Below, piece after piece: positions 53,202 to 64,000 of a stretch of DNA of 64,000 bases (the first letter of the stretch is position 1; every line of letters starts with the position of its first letter). A program made the translations under genes and the position numbers. The notes beneath the pieces are model-generated. The model saw only the letters and a program-made list of their open reading frames with translations. It made no database searches and was not told the DNA's origin. Source of the stretch: Amoebophrya sp. A120 (lineage: Eukaryota; Protista; Dinoflagellata); the NCBI GenBank assembly GCA_905178155.1, contig CAJINV010000011.1:2652485-2716484 (forward strand). The letters run 5' to 3'.

Positions 53202-53351
53202 CTAAACCAAAAACACATAAAATAGTTTGCCTGAACTGAACTATCTAAAAAATCTGCCTGATTTTGTCAAAGTATTTATAACGGGTCGTGAAATTTGCCT
53301 TTTACCTTTATCTAACACTTGTCAAATGAGCTAAACCAAAAACACATAAAA
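53202..53351. repeat. 21-bp direct repeat pair ctaaaccaaaaacacataaaa
   Basis: Copies at 53202-53222 and 53331-53351, in the spacer between the coiled-coil gene and NUF2. Confidence 0.8.
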
Positions 53352-53569
53352 CAGGGATGGTAGCTTTCGATGTGGCTTTACATGCGATGAAAAAACGAGA
53401 ATTATTTTCTGTGTTGCTGATACACAACTGTGGTGAAACTTTGAATTCTCGTGCTATCGTGAAGTAAAATTGTACATTCATTCGGTTCTTCGTGAAGCTC
53501 CTCGCTCATAAGAATTGCAATAAACCCTCCTCTTCGCCAGACGGAAAGAACATCAAACTTGACAGCAAT

Positions 53570-56500
53570 TTAGGGTGCGGATCCCGTGACGCGAGACGTC
53601 ACATCCTCATACTGGTGGTCCTTGGCGTCCGCTCCCTTCTCGCGGGCTTCCATCTCCATCGTGTCCTTCCCGTCCAAGTATGCAATACAAATTTCCCTTA
53701 CATGTACAAAATGCATCACAAATTTCGCTAACTTTCAGTGTCCAACTTGTCATGCTGGCTAAGATTGGAGCCAAGTTTTGTCATACAGAGACAGCATCTG
53801 TACGTGTACGGGAATAGCTTTACTGTGGATACGAAGACCAAATCCTGGTTCGACAAGACGTGCTTCACTTCGTCCAACGTCGAAATCTCCTCCGCGATGG
53901 CCGCGAACCGCGCCTGGGACCCCAGCATCCAGTAGTCGCAGCCGGGCTGGAGCTTGTTGAAAGATGCTAATAATCCTGTAGTCCCGTCCGTGCCGTATAA
54001 TTTCTCCCGCTCGGAGGCGTAGTCGGTCTCTGCGGAGGTCTTCTTGGCTTCTTCCTCCGCCTCTTTGGTAACAGAGTCATTCCGCTCCTTTTCCTTCCCA
54101 CCGATGATGGACTCCGGGGTTTCAATCGTGGTGACCATCATGGACTCCTCCATCGGGGAGGCGTTACCGATGGTCTTCACCATCTCGTCCTGCTCGGCTT
54201 GTAAATCGGTGATCTGCGTCGTCCGGTCAGTCTTCTCGTTGTCCATTTGCGAGACAATCCCGTCCAGCATGGTGATCACCGGCGCAAGGGGGTTGGAGGT
54301 CTTCTTGGTCAAGTCGCCCTTGCTGCCCTCGTTGAACCGGCTGGTCTTCTCCGGCTTGTACTTGCGAAGCTCCAGAATGGCCTTGCGGACTTCACCCAGA
54401 GCGGTGGTCAAATCGTCCTTGATGGCTTCGAGGCTGTAGATACGGTAACAGACGATGACGAAGATCGAAAAGTACAAAGCTTCGATTGTACTACACATGA
54501 TCTGAACATTGCGTAGTCGAGCCATCAGGTCGCTCTCGTTACGATTTACGAATTTTACTAGGCTTAAAATGCAGAGTGGATTTTCAACAAAATTTCTAAA
54601 TTTGCAATTCGACTAAAACTGGTGACGTAAATGTAAACAAAAATATACTCCTTCTTGCTTTCCTCGAAAATTTCGGTTTTCTTTCTCTTTTCCTCCATCT
54701 TGTCGGCGATTTCCTCGGTCAGCTTTATGAGACTGCACAACTCCCCCGTCCCCTCATTTCAATGGGATAAGCAGCAACACAAGTGCTGGCATAAATGCAG
54801 CTTTTGCATGAAGAATTCGCGACCGATTCTAGCCCTGGGTCGGCTTGCGAAATCTGTCATGCAAGATGTGCCAAAGAGAAAAGGGCGGATTTGGTATTTT
54901 GCATGACAAATCATGAGGGGAAGGGGGAGTTGTGCACTGTCATAAGCTTTTTTTGCTTCTCATTCTCCATCTCAATGATCTCGGTGGAGGCTCGGATTTG
55001 CGCGTCTTGCCCGTCCATCTGTTCGGCAGCCTGTTTGATTGTTTGTGATGCGTAGCCGCTACGCTAAAAATTTAGCCTGTTCAATACAATTATGTTTTTG
55101 TCATGCAAAACCAACTAACACGAGCACTACCTGCAATGCACCAAACCACTACTAATACCGTCTTAGCGTCTTCGATCAGCTTCTTCGAGTCGACTCTGCA
55201 GTGCTCCACGGAGGTTTCGATGGACTTCTTTTCGTCCTTCAACTCAGACACCTGGTCGGAGATCGCGGCCATCAAGACTTGAATAGCCGTTTCGCGTTCC
55301 CGGGCGAGTTGCAGCTCCTTCATGGAGCGGACCTTCTCCGTTGTGATAGAGGCCTTCTGCAGGAAGAAAGCCGCCTCGTACTCCTTGTCGTCCTCGTTCT
55401 TCTGGAATAAATCCCGGTTGTCGTCACTGTGGAGTTATCAAATGCAAAACAGCATTGTGCTCGTACTAATTGCAGTACAGCATGACAAAACTCCCTACCT
55501 GCCTGTTTCTGCATGACAAGTGTCATTTCTCTTGGAAAAAGTTTGTATATATGCAATTACTACTAACACGATGCTTTTGCAATGCGTAGGAGGATTTCAA
55601 CCGCTTTGTCGATCGCGTCCTCCTGCGCCATGGAGTCAGCAGAGAAGGTTTCGTACTCGGTGTCCTGCTTCGTCTTGTTCTCGTCCATGACCTTGTCTTC
55701 CGCATTATGCAATACAAATTTTGCGCACATGTACAAACAGCATCACAAATTGGATCAACTTGGAAGAAGCATTTTGTCATGCTGAAGAGGTTTGAAGGAA
55801 AGTTTTGTCATGCGGAAGCCGCATTTGTACGTGTACGGAAAATTGCCTGTGGATACGCATCCGCGTCGGCGATTTCGCCCTCCAGTGTAGTCTTCAAGTC
55901 GGTCAATTCCTGCGTCCGTCTCGCCTTCGCGGCGGCCTCCCCCTCACCCGCTTGCTGCTGCTCCTGGAGACCGGAAAGGGCTTCCTTTAATTCTTTGATG
56001 AGCGCTTCTTGTGCCGCGACGTCCTTCTCGTGCTGCGTTGTTGTGTCGATCTCCTCCTTTTTGTACTCGTTTTTCAGGGTTTGGATCAACTCCACGATGG
56101 AACCAACTTGGCTGCTGTACGCTTCCGGAGCCTGCTTCTCGAATTTCAGCATGGCGATCTGCTGCGCGGGAAGCAGCTTGGCCTTGGCGAGGAGGGACTT
56201 CAGGGTCTTCTGCTGGACAAGAAGGGCTGATTTTATATTTATTTTTGATTGAGGTTTTATAAATTTTTCATAATTAAAGCGATCATCACCATACCGCCGT
56301 GGGTAATGTTTTGCACGATTGCATACGGCACCTTCAAAATTTTAAACCATCACACCGTCCCGGAAAATATTATCCACGATGCGTCTGCGGGCGTACAAAA
56401 AACGCAAGAACTAACGAGAAAATTATCCAACAGTACTCTGGCCTTGGATCTTCTTCTCCGCATCTGCTAAGGCGGCAATCCCCGCCTTCAAATCTGCCAT

Positions 56501-57217
56501 GTAGGTATCGTACTTTTCCTTCTCTGCATCCAAATCTGCCTCGGCCTTTTCGATTTCCTTGTTCTTCTCGTCAATTTTAGCCGCGAATACTTGCGCCTCG
56601 TCCGTCAAAGTCTTCCCGCCTTCAAGTAAAGCGAGCTCGCTATCGATATCGGCGATTTCTGTTTTGTGTGGCAATATGTTGTCGAATGTTAAACAGACGG
56701 AACAATGTTCGTTTGGGCCTCAAAAATACAACTTTGCGTGAAGGCTACGAAAGATTCGGGGCGTCATCCCTTTCTTTTTTGTTGCGCCTTCATGATGAAA
56801 AACACACCACACCCTCGCAATTCGCAGTTTTTTTAATCTACAATCCTGGGGTCCGCCAAGATATCCATAATACAAGATGCTCTTGCTAGTGCTATAATAC
56901 AAGATGTTATTGCTAGTGCTATCCTGCGGCTGCATAAAGTTCATGCACCGCTCCTGTTCAGAAAATATTTTTTGTTTTCTTCTGGAAAAAAAACAAATAC
57001 TTCCTGAGTTTTCTTCCCGAAGCTTCGCGTTTTCCTCCTTTGTCTTCTTCACCACGCAGTCGAGTTTCATGTACTCTTGCTCCTGCGTTTTTCTTTCCTT
57101 GATCAGATCGGCCTTGGTGTCCTGGAGAAGTTTCACCACCTTCATGATCCCGCTGCTGGCACCGCTCTCCAGCGCCACCGCGCCGGTGAGCGAGGAGAGA
57201 AGGGCTGCTTTCCTCAT
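53570..57217 (-). CDS. Signal-peptide-bearing coiled-coil protein of the type common in dinoflagellates
   Basis: MRKAALLSSLTGAVAL, IMKVVKLLQD, PVITMLDGI, LQPGCDY...R...EI. Four introners plus GT-AG introns; frame checked at several junctions. Confidence 0.75.
53679..53831. mobile_element. Introner family A
   Basis: TSD ccaag/cgaag (one mismatch); tatgcaatacaaa...ctgtggata. Confidence 0.9.
54726..54944. mobile_element. Introner, single copy in window
   Basis: TSD agctt; TIR of about 31 bp, tatga..tgcacaactccccc(g/t)tcccctca. Confidence 0.95.
55436..55588. mobile_element. Introner family D (diverged)
   Basis: TSD ggagt/ggagg (one mismatch). Removal gives AVEILHSDDN. Confidence 0.82.
55706..55855. 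mobile_element. Introner family A
   Basis: TSD cgcat; imperfect TIR of about 32 bp. Confidence 0.93.
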
Positions 57218-58447
57218 TTTCGCTCCCTCAAAGCCGTATTTGTGCTCGTACTGAAAGTTTTGGCAGATTTTTAAATTGTAGCAGTGCGAATAAACGCGAT
57301 CAAAAGTAGCAAACACGATGGGCAGCACGAGAAGAAAAAGTTGAAGATCTTCCGAAACCAAAACCTGAGGACGAGGAGCCGGCGATTAGAAAGAACTTTC
57401 CGCATTGCTGGATCTAAAGAACCATGTCAGCGAAAAAGACGAGTTTTGTTTTTTTTGAGAACAAAAGGCAACACACACACACTGGAAAACTGTTTCTCAT
57501 TTTCCTGTGACGGAAAAGAGTGCAAAGTCTGATTTTTCAAAAAATGGCGAATCTGATCGCAGAAATAAGCCTGTCATGCAAACCAGCGGGCAATGCAGCA
57601 CCGCTGGAACATGCGGTTACGATAGGAGAACTGCGGTTTTACAGATTTTATGGCGCTGGGTCGTGACACCATAATGAGCTTCTCATTTAAAACCAAACTG
57701 GAGTTTACCTACAGCATTGGCTTCGTTTCGCTTACAAGGTAGTGCTAGAAGATTTAGATTGTAATACTTTTATGTTACACGGGTTGGCGCAGTCCTTTCC
57801 GATTTCTAAAGACGAAGCTCAGAAAGCTGCTACTTCACGATACTTACGGCTACTTTTTGTTTTCTAGACGAGGAACAAATACTTCTGTAGATGGAGTTGG
57901 AGGGTGCCATAGTTTTCGAAAAATAACAAAAAGGAATCAGATTGCCGAACATACTGTAGAGAGAGAAAGAAACCTTATTAACCTTTTCTTTGAAAGCAAA
58001 AAAATCGTCCCCGATATGATCCCGAAATCAGGTGACGAACCTTGGGTGCAAAAAAAAATCTTCATCAGACGAGCGAGCGAAAAACGGGTAATGTACCAGG
58101 ATGTTAGCAGGGTAGTGGGAAGCGCGTTAGCCCGACGCGCTAATCGGTTGAACTAAGGGTAGGCAAAAATATCCACGTGATATTATCGAAACAAAAATGC
58201 TACTCGGACCACTCTAACATGAAATCCATTCGCATTTTGTTCCTGGTGCTACAGGGACTTAATTCTCCGATCTCTTTAGATGGGTTGATATTTCTAAAGA
58301 ACGCCACGGCCACTGGTATTAGACACGTCATATTCATGTAGATATAGATTTAAATTGTCAAAATGTGTTCTTGAAATACATAGTGTAACTACTGTAATGT
58401 AAAAAAATGTATGCTATTGTACAAAAAATGAAAATCTTCAAACCATT

Positions 58448-60758
58448 CTAAAATCGCCAACTTACAAAAGTGATGACCAGCGTCACATCGTCTCCATTGT
58501 CCGGGCGCCGATAGGACGTTTGCACCATGTTGCAAGCGAGATCCTCGAGCAGTTTTGTAGCTTCTGGGTGGTCGGGATCGAAGTTGTTATCGGACGCCTC
58601 GAGCATGTACCGCTGCATCTTTAGAATGCCCTCGGTTTTTGCAATGAGCGCCTGACAGATGTCGTCGCCGTTCAGGCCGTCCCAGAGCCCGTCCGTGCCT
58701 TGAATGATGATACCCTGGTAGTGCTTGTCCCTCGGATGCGAAAACGCGTTTGGGTAGCAGCGCTGCATATCAGCAGCTCGGGTCTCGGGAATGATGGAGA
58801 TTACACCGGGTGGGATTTGCAACTGTATAGGGGATTTACATTTAGATTTTGATGCTCTTTGATAAGCGCCAACTCGTCAGGCCAAAACAAATACAACAGA
58901 AAAAAACTACTTCGGTCTGGTACTGCCCTTTTTCGATCTCGCCAAACAAACCCAAAAACACTTCTAATTTAAATTCAGACTCAATCTCTACCTTGATATC
59001 CAAATCGCCAATCGTCCTCGATGGCTCCAGGCACCCGCAAATTCTTCCATTGATGACTTGGTTGAAGCCTATCGCTCGCATGCGATTCCGCTCGTAAATT
59101 TTTCCTGCTCTGAAATCTCGGGAAAGCCAGGAGAACTTGCCTAAACGCAGATTTGAAGCGTAAGACAATTCTCCGAGGGGGGCGAGTGCGAGATTAGCGG
59201 TGTGTGTTTGCTTCGCGTCATTGATTTTACTTGGCGATTTATTCCCAGACGCTGGCGGTCCGGGGGTCGTAGCCCCGCCCGAAGATGCCATGCTGACGCC
59301 GCTAAGTCTGCTCGTTCCCGTACTCGATGTCGCGGTGGTCGACGCGCTCGGCGTTGTTGCAGCGGCGTCTTGCTCTTTCTTCCCGCCACTGCCGAAGCCG
59401 AACAACTGCAAAAAGCCGCTCACCATCGGCCCGGCTATTCGTGTCCGCCCGACGGCTGGGCGATTCGCGCTGGAATCTGACACCCCGGAAATCCTGGTGT
59501 CACTGTGGGACCTCGGCCCGACGAAGTTCAAGTTGCTGCCGGTTCCCGAAGCGTTGTTGTACGTGTCCGATTGACTGCGCTCGAGCTTTTTATCCTCCTC
59601 CGAAAGAAATGGTGAACTGGAAGAAGGGACGAGATTGTTCTGCGCACGTCCTCCGGCGAGCTGTACTGGGCCCTCTTTTGTGGTTCCCCTCTCCAGCGAA
59701 CCAGCCTCGAGTCCGCCTGGCAGAGACAGGGAGCTATTATCCGCGGCGTCGTTATTGAGCATCTCTTTCGTGAACCCGCGAACAAGCACCCCAGGCTCCG
59801 GAACCGCCGCGAGATAGGCGTCGTGATCGATGTCAGGCATCGCTGCATCGCTTTGACCATGTTCTTCAGACGTCTCCTGCATCACCAGAGTATTCGCAGC
59901 TACTGGCGTTGAAGGTTGCAGTGGCGAAGCCGGATTCGCGCCTGCTTTGAAATCCCGGCAGTCACCCAGTGGTATGTAAACCGCACGGCAATCCCCCAAG
60001 TTCGAACAATAAACCGTCCCGCGATAGACCGCGACACTGTTCACGCAGCACCCGCTCGTGTCTTGCTTCCGCCGGTCGAACATCCGCTGCTCGAGTTTCT
60101 GAAACGCTTGGACATGCGCGTTGTGAATCGCGTCGGCACCGTGGCCGGTCGTGGGAGACGCCGGAAGCTGCTGCCGTTCTCTTTCGACGGCTAGAAGTTC
60201 CTCTCTCGAGACGGTCCCTGCACCTCCGTTGGGATTCGGCACGAACAACTGCTGCATCACCGTGCTTGGTAACTCGTCCGCGACGAGTTGGGCGCACTTC
60301 GCTCCGTCATGCCCGTCCATCACACCTACCATGAACATATCAGTGCCAGTGGATGGCGGATTTACGATGTGTTCTTCGCAGAAAAACCGGTCCTCGTTCG
60401 GGTGCGATTTCCCTTTATTCGGCACGGAATACGCGCGGCACAGAAATCTCCCCCGTGCGCCTGCCTCTCGGAGTTCCTGTTCCTGCGAGAGCCGGGAAGG
60501 GAAATTGGCGGACGCCTTCTTGCTGTTGACACTGTTCGTCGCATTGACATTGTTCGTCGTGGGGTTGATGCCGAGTCTGGCATTGTCGTACAACTTGTCG
60601 TGTTTTGCGGCGTCGATGCTGTTGTTCACATTCGTATTGTTCACATTGTCGCTGTGTGAGTGAACCACCGTCGCCAGCGTGCCTACCGTCACCTGCTGGC
60701 GCTCGTTCGCATCCGAAAACATTCCCTGGTACGGCCGCGCAGCGCCTGTTACCCTCAT
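58448..60758 (-). CDS. PP2C/PPM-type protein phosphatase with a large low-complexity insertion
   Basis: NEDRF, GVMDGHDG, SGCC, SNLGDCRAV, SRTIGD, GTDGLWD, DDVTLVI. GT-AG intron at about 58823-58991. The start may lie further upstream. Confidence 0.92.
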
Positions 60759-62146
60759 ATACTGAGAGAGGCTGCGGGGAACGGATGAACCGGATGCGGA
60801 GCGAAGGAAATTCGTTTTCTTTTTGTGATCGTGTTGAGAAACAAGCTCAATCACAAATGTAGGCAAATTACGAATTGGAAAATTCTGAAGAATATTGGAC
60901 ACTAGCACAAATGATTCTTTTGGATGTATACCGGCGAGATAGTGGTAACTACATTGAGGCGATACATCAGTATGATGCAAAATCAACGACGACAATTCAA
61001 AAAATTGGGTGGTCAAAGATCATGCTTGCAGTTCAAAATTTCAAAAAATCCAGTAAACTGGCTCAGAAAAAATCAGATCCAACGGGTTGTCAAAAAATCT
61101 TGTGCAATTATATCCTGCAGCTCTTCACAATGTTAATTTACACAAGCATTGTCCCTACATAAAGTCTAAAGCAACGATATTATGGTCACACACGCCCGAA
61201 AATATTTTTTTACAGAAATCGATTACAATCTACTAAATGGGAAGGACAAGTGACTAGGTAGCAGCATAATTGCAACGTAATCAACAACACATGAATCATT
61301 CCGGTATAACATCAATCACATTTCCTTGCAATTCAGACACAAGCAAAACTAGTGCTGCATGCTCGTAAAAACCTCCATTATGAAGATGTTCATATCGGTC
61401 TTCGGTGTAGGAGTAGGTATATCAAAACGGAAAATGAAAGAGGAAAAAAAAGGTTGCCCCCCACCTGCAAATTTGGCCGGAAGATTGTTCTTGAATTCGG
61501 CAAGGGGACCTGGTTTGGTATGTGGGTGAGACGTCAATTCACGATGAGGTGGAAAGATGATTTTTTTAGTAAATCTTAATCTACTGCTTTCACGAGTTCT
61601 ACTGCTGGGAAAGGATTCAATTATTCAACAACGAATTTAAGACGACCCGATCTACTGCTCAGTCTTTGCCATCAAAACCGAGACTGTCTTGTGCTATTCG
61701 AACACTGTCTTCGAGCGATTTTGCGTGGTTGTTGGCAACCTGACCTTCATACGCGAACGCGACCGACTTTAAATGGACTACTTTGTGTTCTCTTGCGTAT
61801 CTCAACGACCGAACTATATCAATTCGCATTTTTCTTTTCTTGCGTTGCAGCTGCACTTCCTCACGATTGCAAATACGAATGCTGTAGCAGCACGAGCAGC
61901 GAACACGACTACTGCTGTCAATAAAACTGGATGAACTCTTGGCCTGCTACTGCTTCTGCGCACAGCGGGTGTGATTGTGCATGCTAGGCGACACACACGT
62001 GTAGTTGTTCACAGACATCGTTACTAATGGAAATGCTTCATCGGGATGTAGCGCTAGCGATGCTCGTGGAGCATCAAGAGATACTAATGCTTGTTTCGTG
62101 TGTCGGGGGCTAAACCACACGGACGATGATTCTGATTGTAACAACA

Positions 62147-64000
62147 CTACGATCGAGCACCAGGCGGGTTTTTTTTCGACTTCGGCTGCATGTAACTTCT
62201 CGAGGGTCGCTGCTGAAACAGAACCGCGTCGTCTTGCTCGCTTTCGGGTAGTTGTGCTGGCGCGGCCGCAGTAGACATCAGCAATTCGTCATCATGCTGC
62301 ATGAACGAAAGTAACTCCGCCATGTTGGCGTTTTCCCGTTCTTCTTGCGCTCGTGCCTGTTCGAACTGTCTTTCGTTGAAATTCACAAGCACATTGACGT
62401 CCGTCGGGATTTCGCCGATGTCGGGCTTTTCTCCCGGAGCACCCGCAGCTGCGGAGGACAAAGAAATGGGGCCGCGTTCCTGGTTGGTTGTGGGTCTAGT
62501 TCTTGGCGAAGCTCCTGGTGATGGTGCTGCCCCTGCCCCTCCGGCAACTACAACATTATCGTAGTTGTTGATGGAGTTGAAATCGAAAATCGTGTTTGTC
62601 GGGCGTTTTCGTGGCACTTTGGACAACAGCTCGTAAAATTCGTCCAGTTTTTCCGCGCTGGACCATGTGTGGTCAGTTCTCCGGAGAATGCGCACCTTCC
62701 CGCTCTTCGGATTCTCTTTCGCCTCGATCAGCATGGCGGTGAAGTCAAAAATCTCCCTCGTCGGTCGCTTTCTAGGGCGAGTAGACATGGTTGCTCCGGC
62801 GCCACCTTGTTCGTTGTCATGGTGCGCCGCATATGAACTGCAAAAGTATCGTACTCATATAAATGCATTTCTCAGCATGAGAAATAAAATTTGTAAATGC
62901 TGACTTGCCTTTAATGCAAGACCTGCATTTATACGAGTACGATACTTTTGCACAGCATACCACACTAGCGTCGTGTGTCGTCGTCGTCTTCGACCCTGTC
63001 GGCGTCCGCGTAATGTGCAACGTTTCGGAAAAAACACTTCTCGGGCTGCTCTCACCTACACCTGTGCCGAAGGTAGAGGATCCGAAATTTTCACTCATCA
63101 GCTCCCCTTCTGGGGCAACTCCTGGCCGCTTTCGACTTTGCTTGTGCTGTCCCGCGGATGAAGATATAATCGCCAAATTCGGGCCCAGACCCTCCCGCTC
63201 AATCCGCTGTAAGATTGACAGCCTCTCCTGCTCCCGCATTTTGCGGAAATCGAGCAGCTTCGCTTTTCTCGGTTTACTCTGCTGCGCCAGTAACAGCCTG
63301 TGCGTCTCGGCGGCTCTCTTCCGGTTCTCCAAAATCGTCGCATCCGGATCGTCGCGAACGTAATTCGGCCATTCGCTTGCTGTCGGAGGGAACTTCAGCG
63401 GGTATTGGTATTTCGTCCTACTCAAACTCGTGTCCCAGAGACCGGGGACGATGGAAACCACTCCGTCACTGCTGTCGATGTCTTCAACGAGGGAAGAAAA
63501 TGTGTAGAAATCTGGACCTAGAGAAACCGCTTTCTGCAAAACTTTCGAAATCAGAGTTTGCAACTGCTCTTTGACAGTACTGTTCTTGCCAGCAGTTCCT
63601 TTGCTGGTATTTCCCTTCACCACGCCCCTGCTTGAGATGTTCTTAGCGGTGGCGCCGATTTCTAGTTCACTGGGTACGTCGGTGTCTGGGTGTTCCGTAC
63701 GCGGGGTGTTCGTCCGTGGCGTGTTCGTCCGTGGGGTATCCACGTAGGCTCGCGGCGTGTGATGCGGCAGCTCGGTGTTCTCACTGGAGGATGAATCGAG
63801 ATTGGTTGTCACGTCAAGGACACGGTGGTCCTGCTCAAGAATATCTGCGCTGTGCTCGCCCTCTGTTTGCGGTTCTCCACCGCCTCTTGGGGTCCAGTGC
63901 GGCGTGTCGGTTTCGTGGGGCTCCTCCGCATCCGCGCGCGGTGTCCAGTGCGGCGTTCCAGCTTGAGTAATTGTGTCCTCAGCTCCAGTTGCTGATGAAG
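62147..64000 (-). CDS. Hypothetical protein, 5'-partial, with TPR/TPHWTPR peptide repeats
   Basis: The frame is open from the window edge, and ORF 62817-63812 joins 62147-62788 in frame after introner removal. 3' end uncertain. Confidence 0.6.
62832..62959. mobile_element. Introner family D (short variant)
   Basis: TSD ccgca/ccaca (one mismatch); TIR tatg...tgcaaaagtatcgtactc. Confidence 0.92.

Noticed and set aside
63698-63740. 15-bp tandem repeat encoding TPRTN
   Set aside because: Ordinary coding minisatellite in a disordered region.

Overview
Eukaryotic, gene-dense window with about 15 genes, all called on the minus strand. They include alpha-tubulin, NUF2, a PP2C, a mitochondrial carrier, prohibitin-like, TMEM121-like and RluA-like proteins, a 2OG-Fe(II) oxygenase fusion, an AEP primase fusion and an atypical kinase. 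Unidirectional gene order and intron type point to a dinoflagellate, most likely the parasite Amoebophrya (inference). The dominant feature is 20 non-canonical introns of 121-322 bp. Each is a MITE-like element with TAT...ATA terminal inverted repeats (TIRs) and a 5-bp target-site duplication (TSD), and wherever checked, removing the element plus one TSD restores the reading frame. Such introners are known in Amoebophrya. What I could not assign to prior knowledge is a grammar shared by families with otherwise unrelated TIRs: TAT(C/G)-N6-AAA ends and an internal GCAWNACAA box, arranged as direct pairs 31-32 bp apart and convergent pairs spanning 43-44 bp, in elements inserted in either orientation. 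No transposase was found. Exon structures and domain calls were made by eye, without cDNA or database searches.
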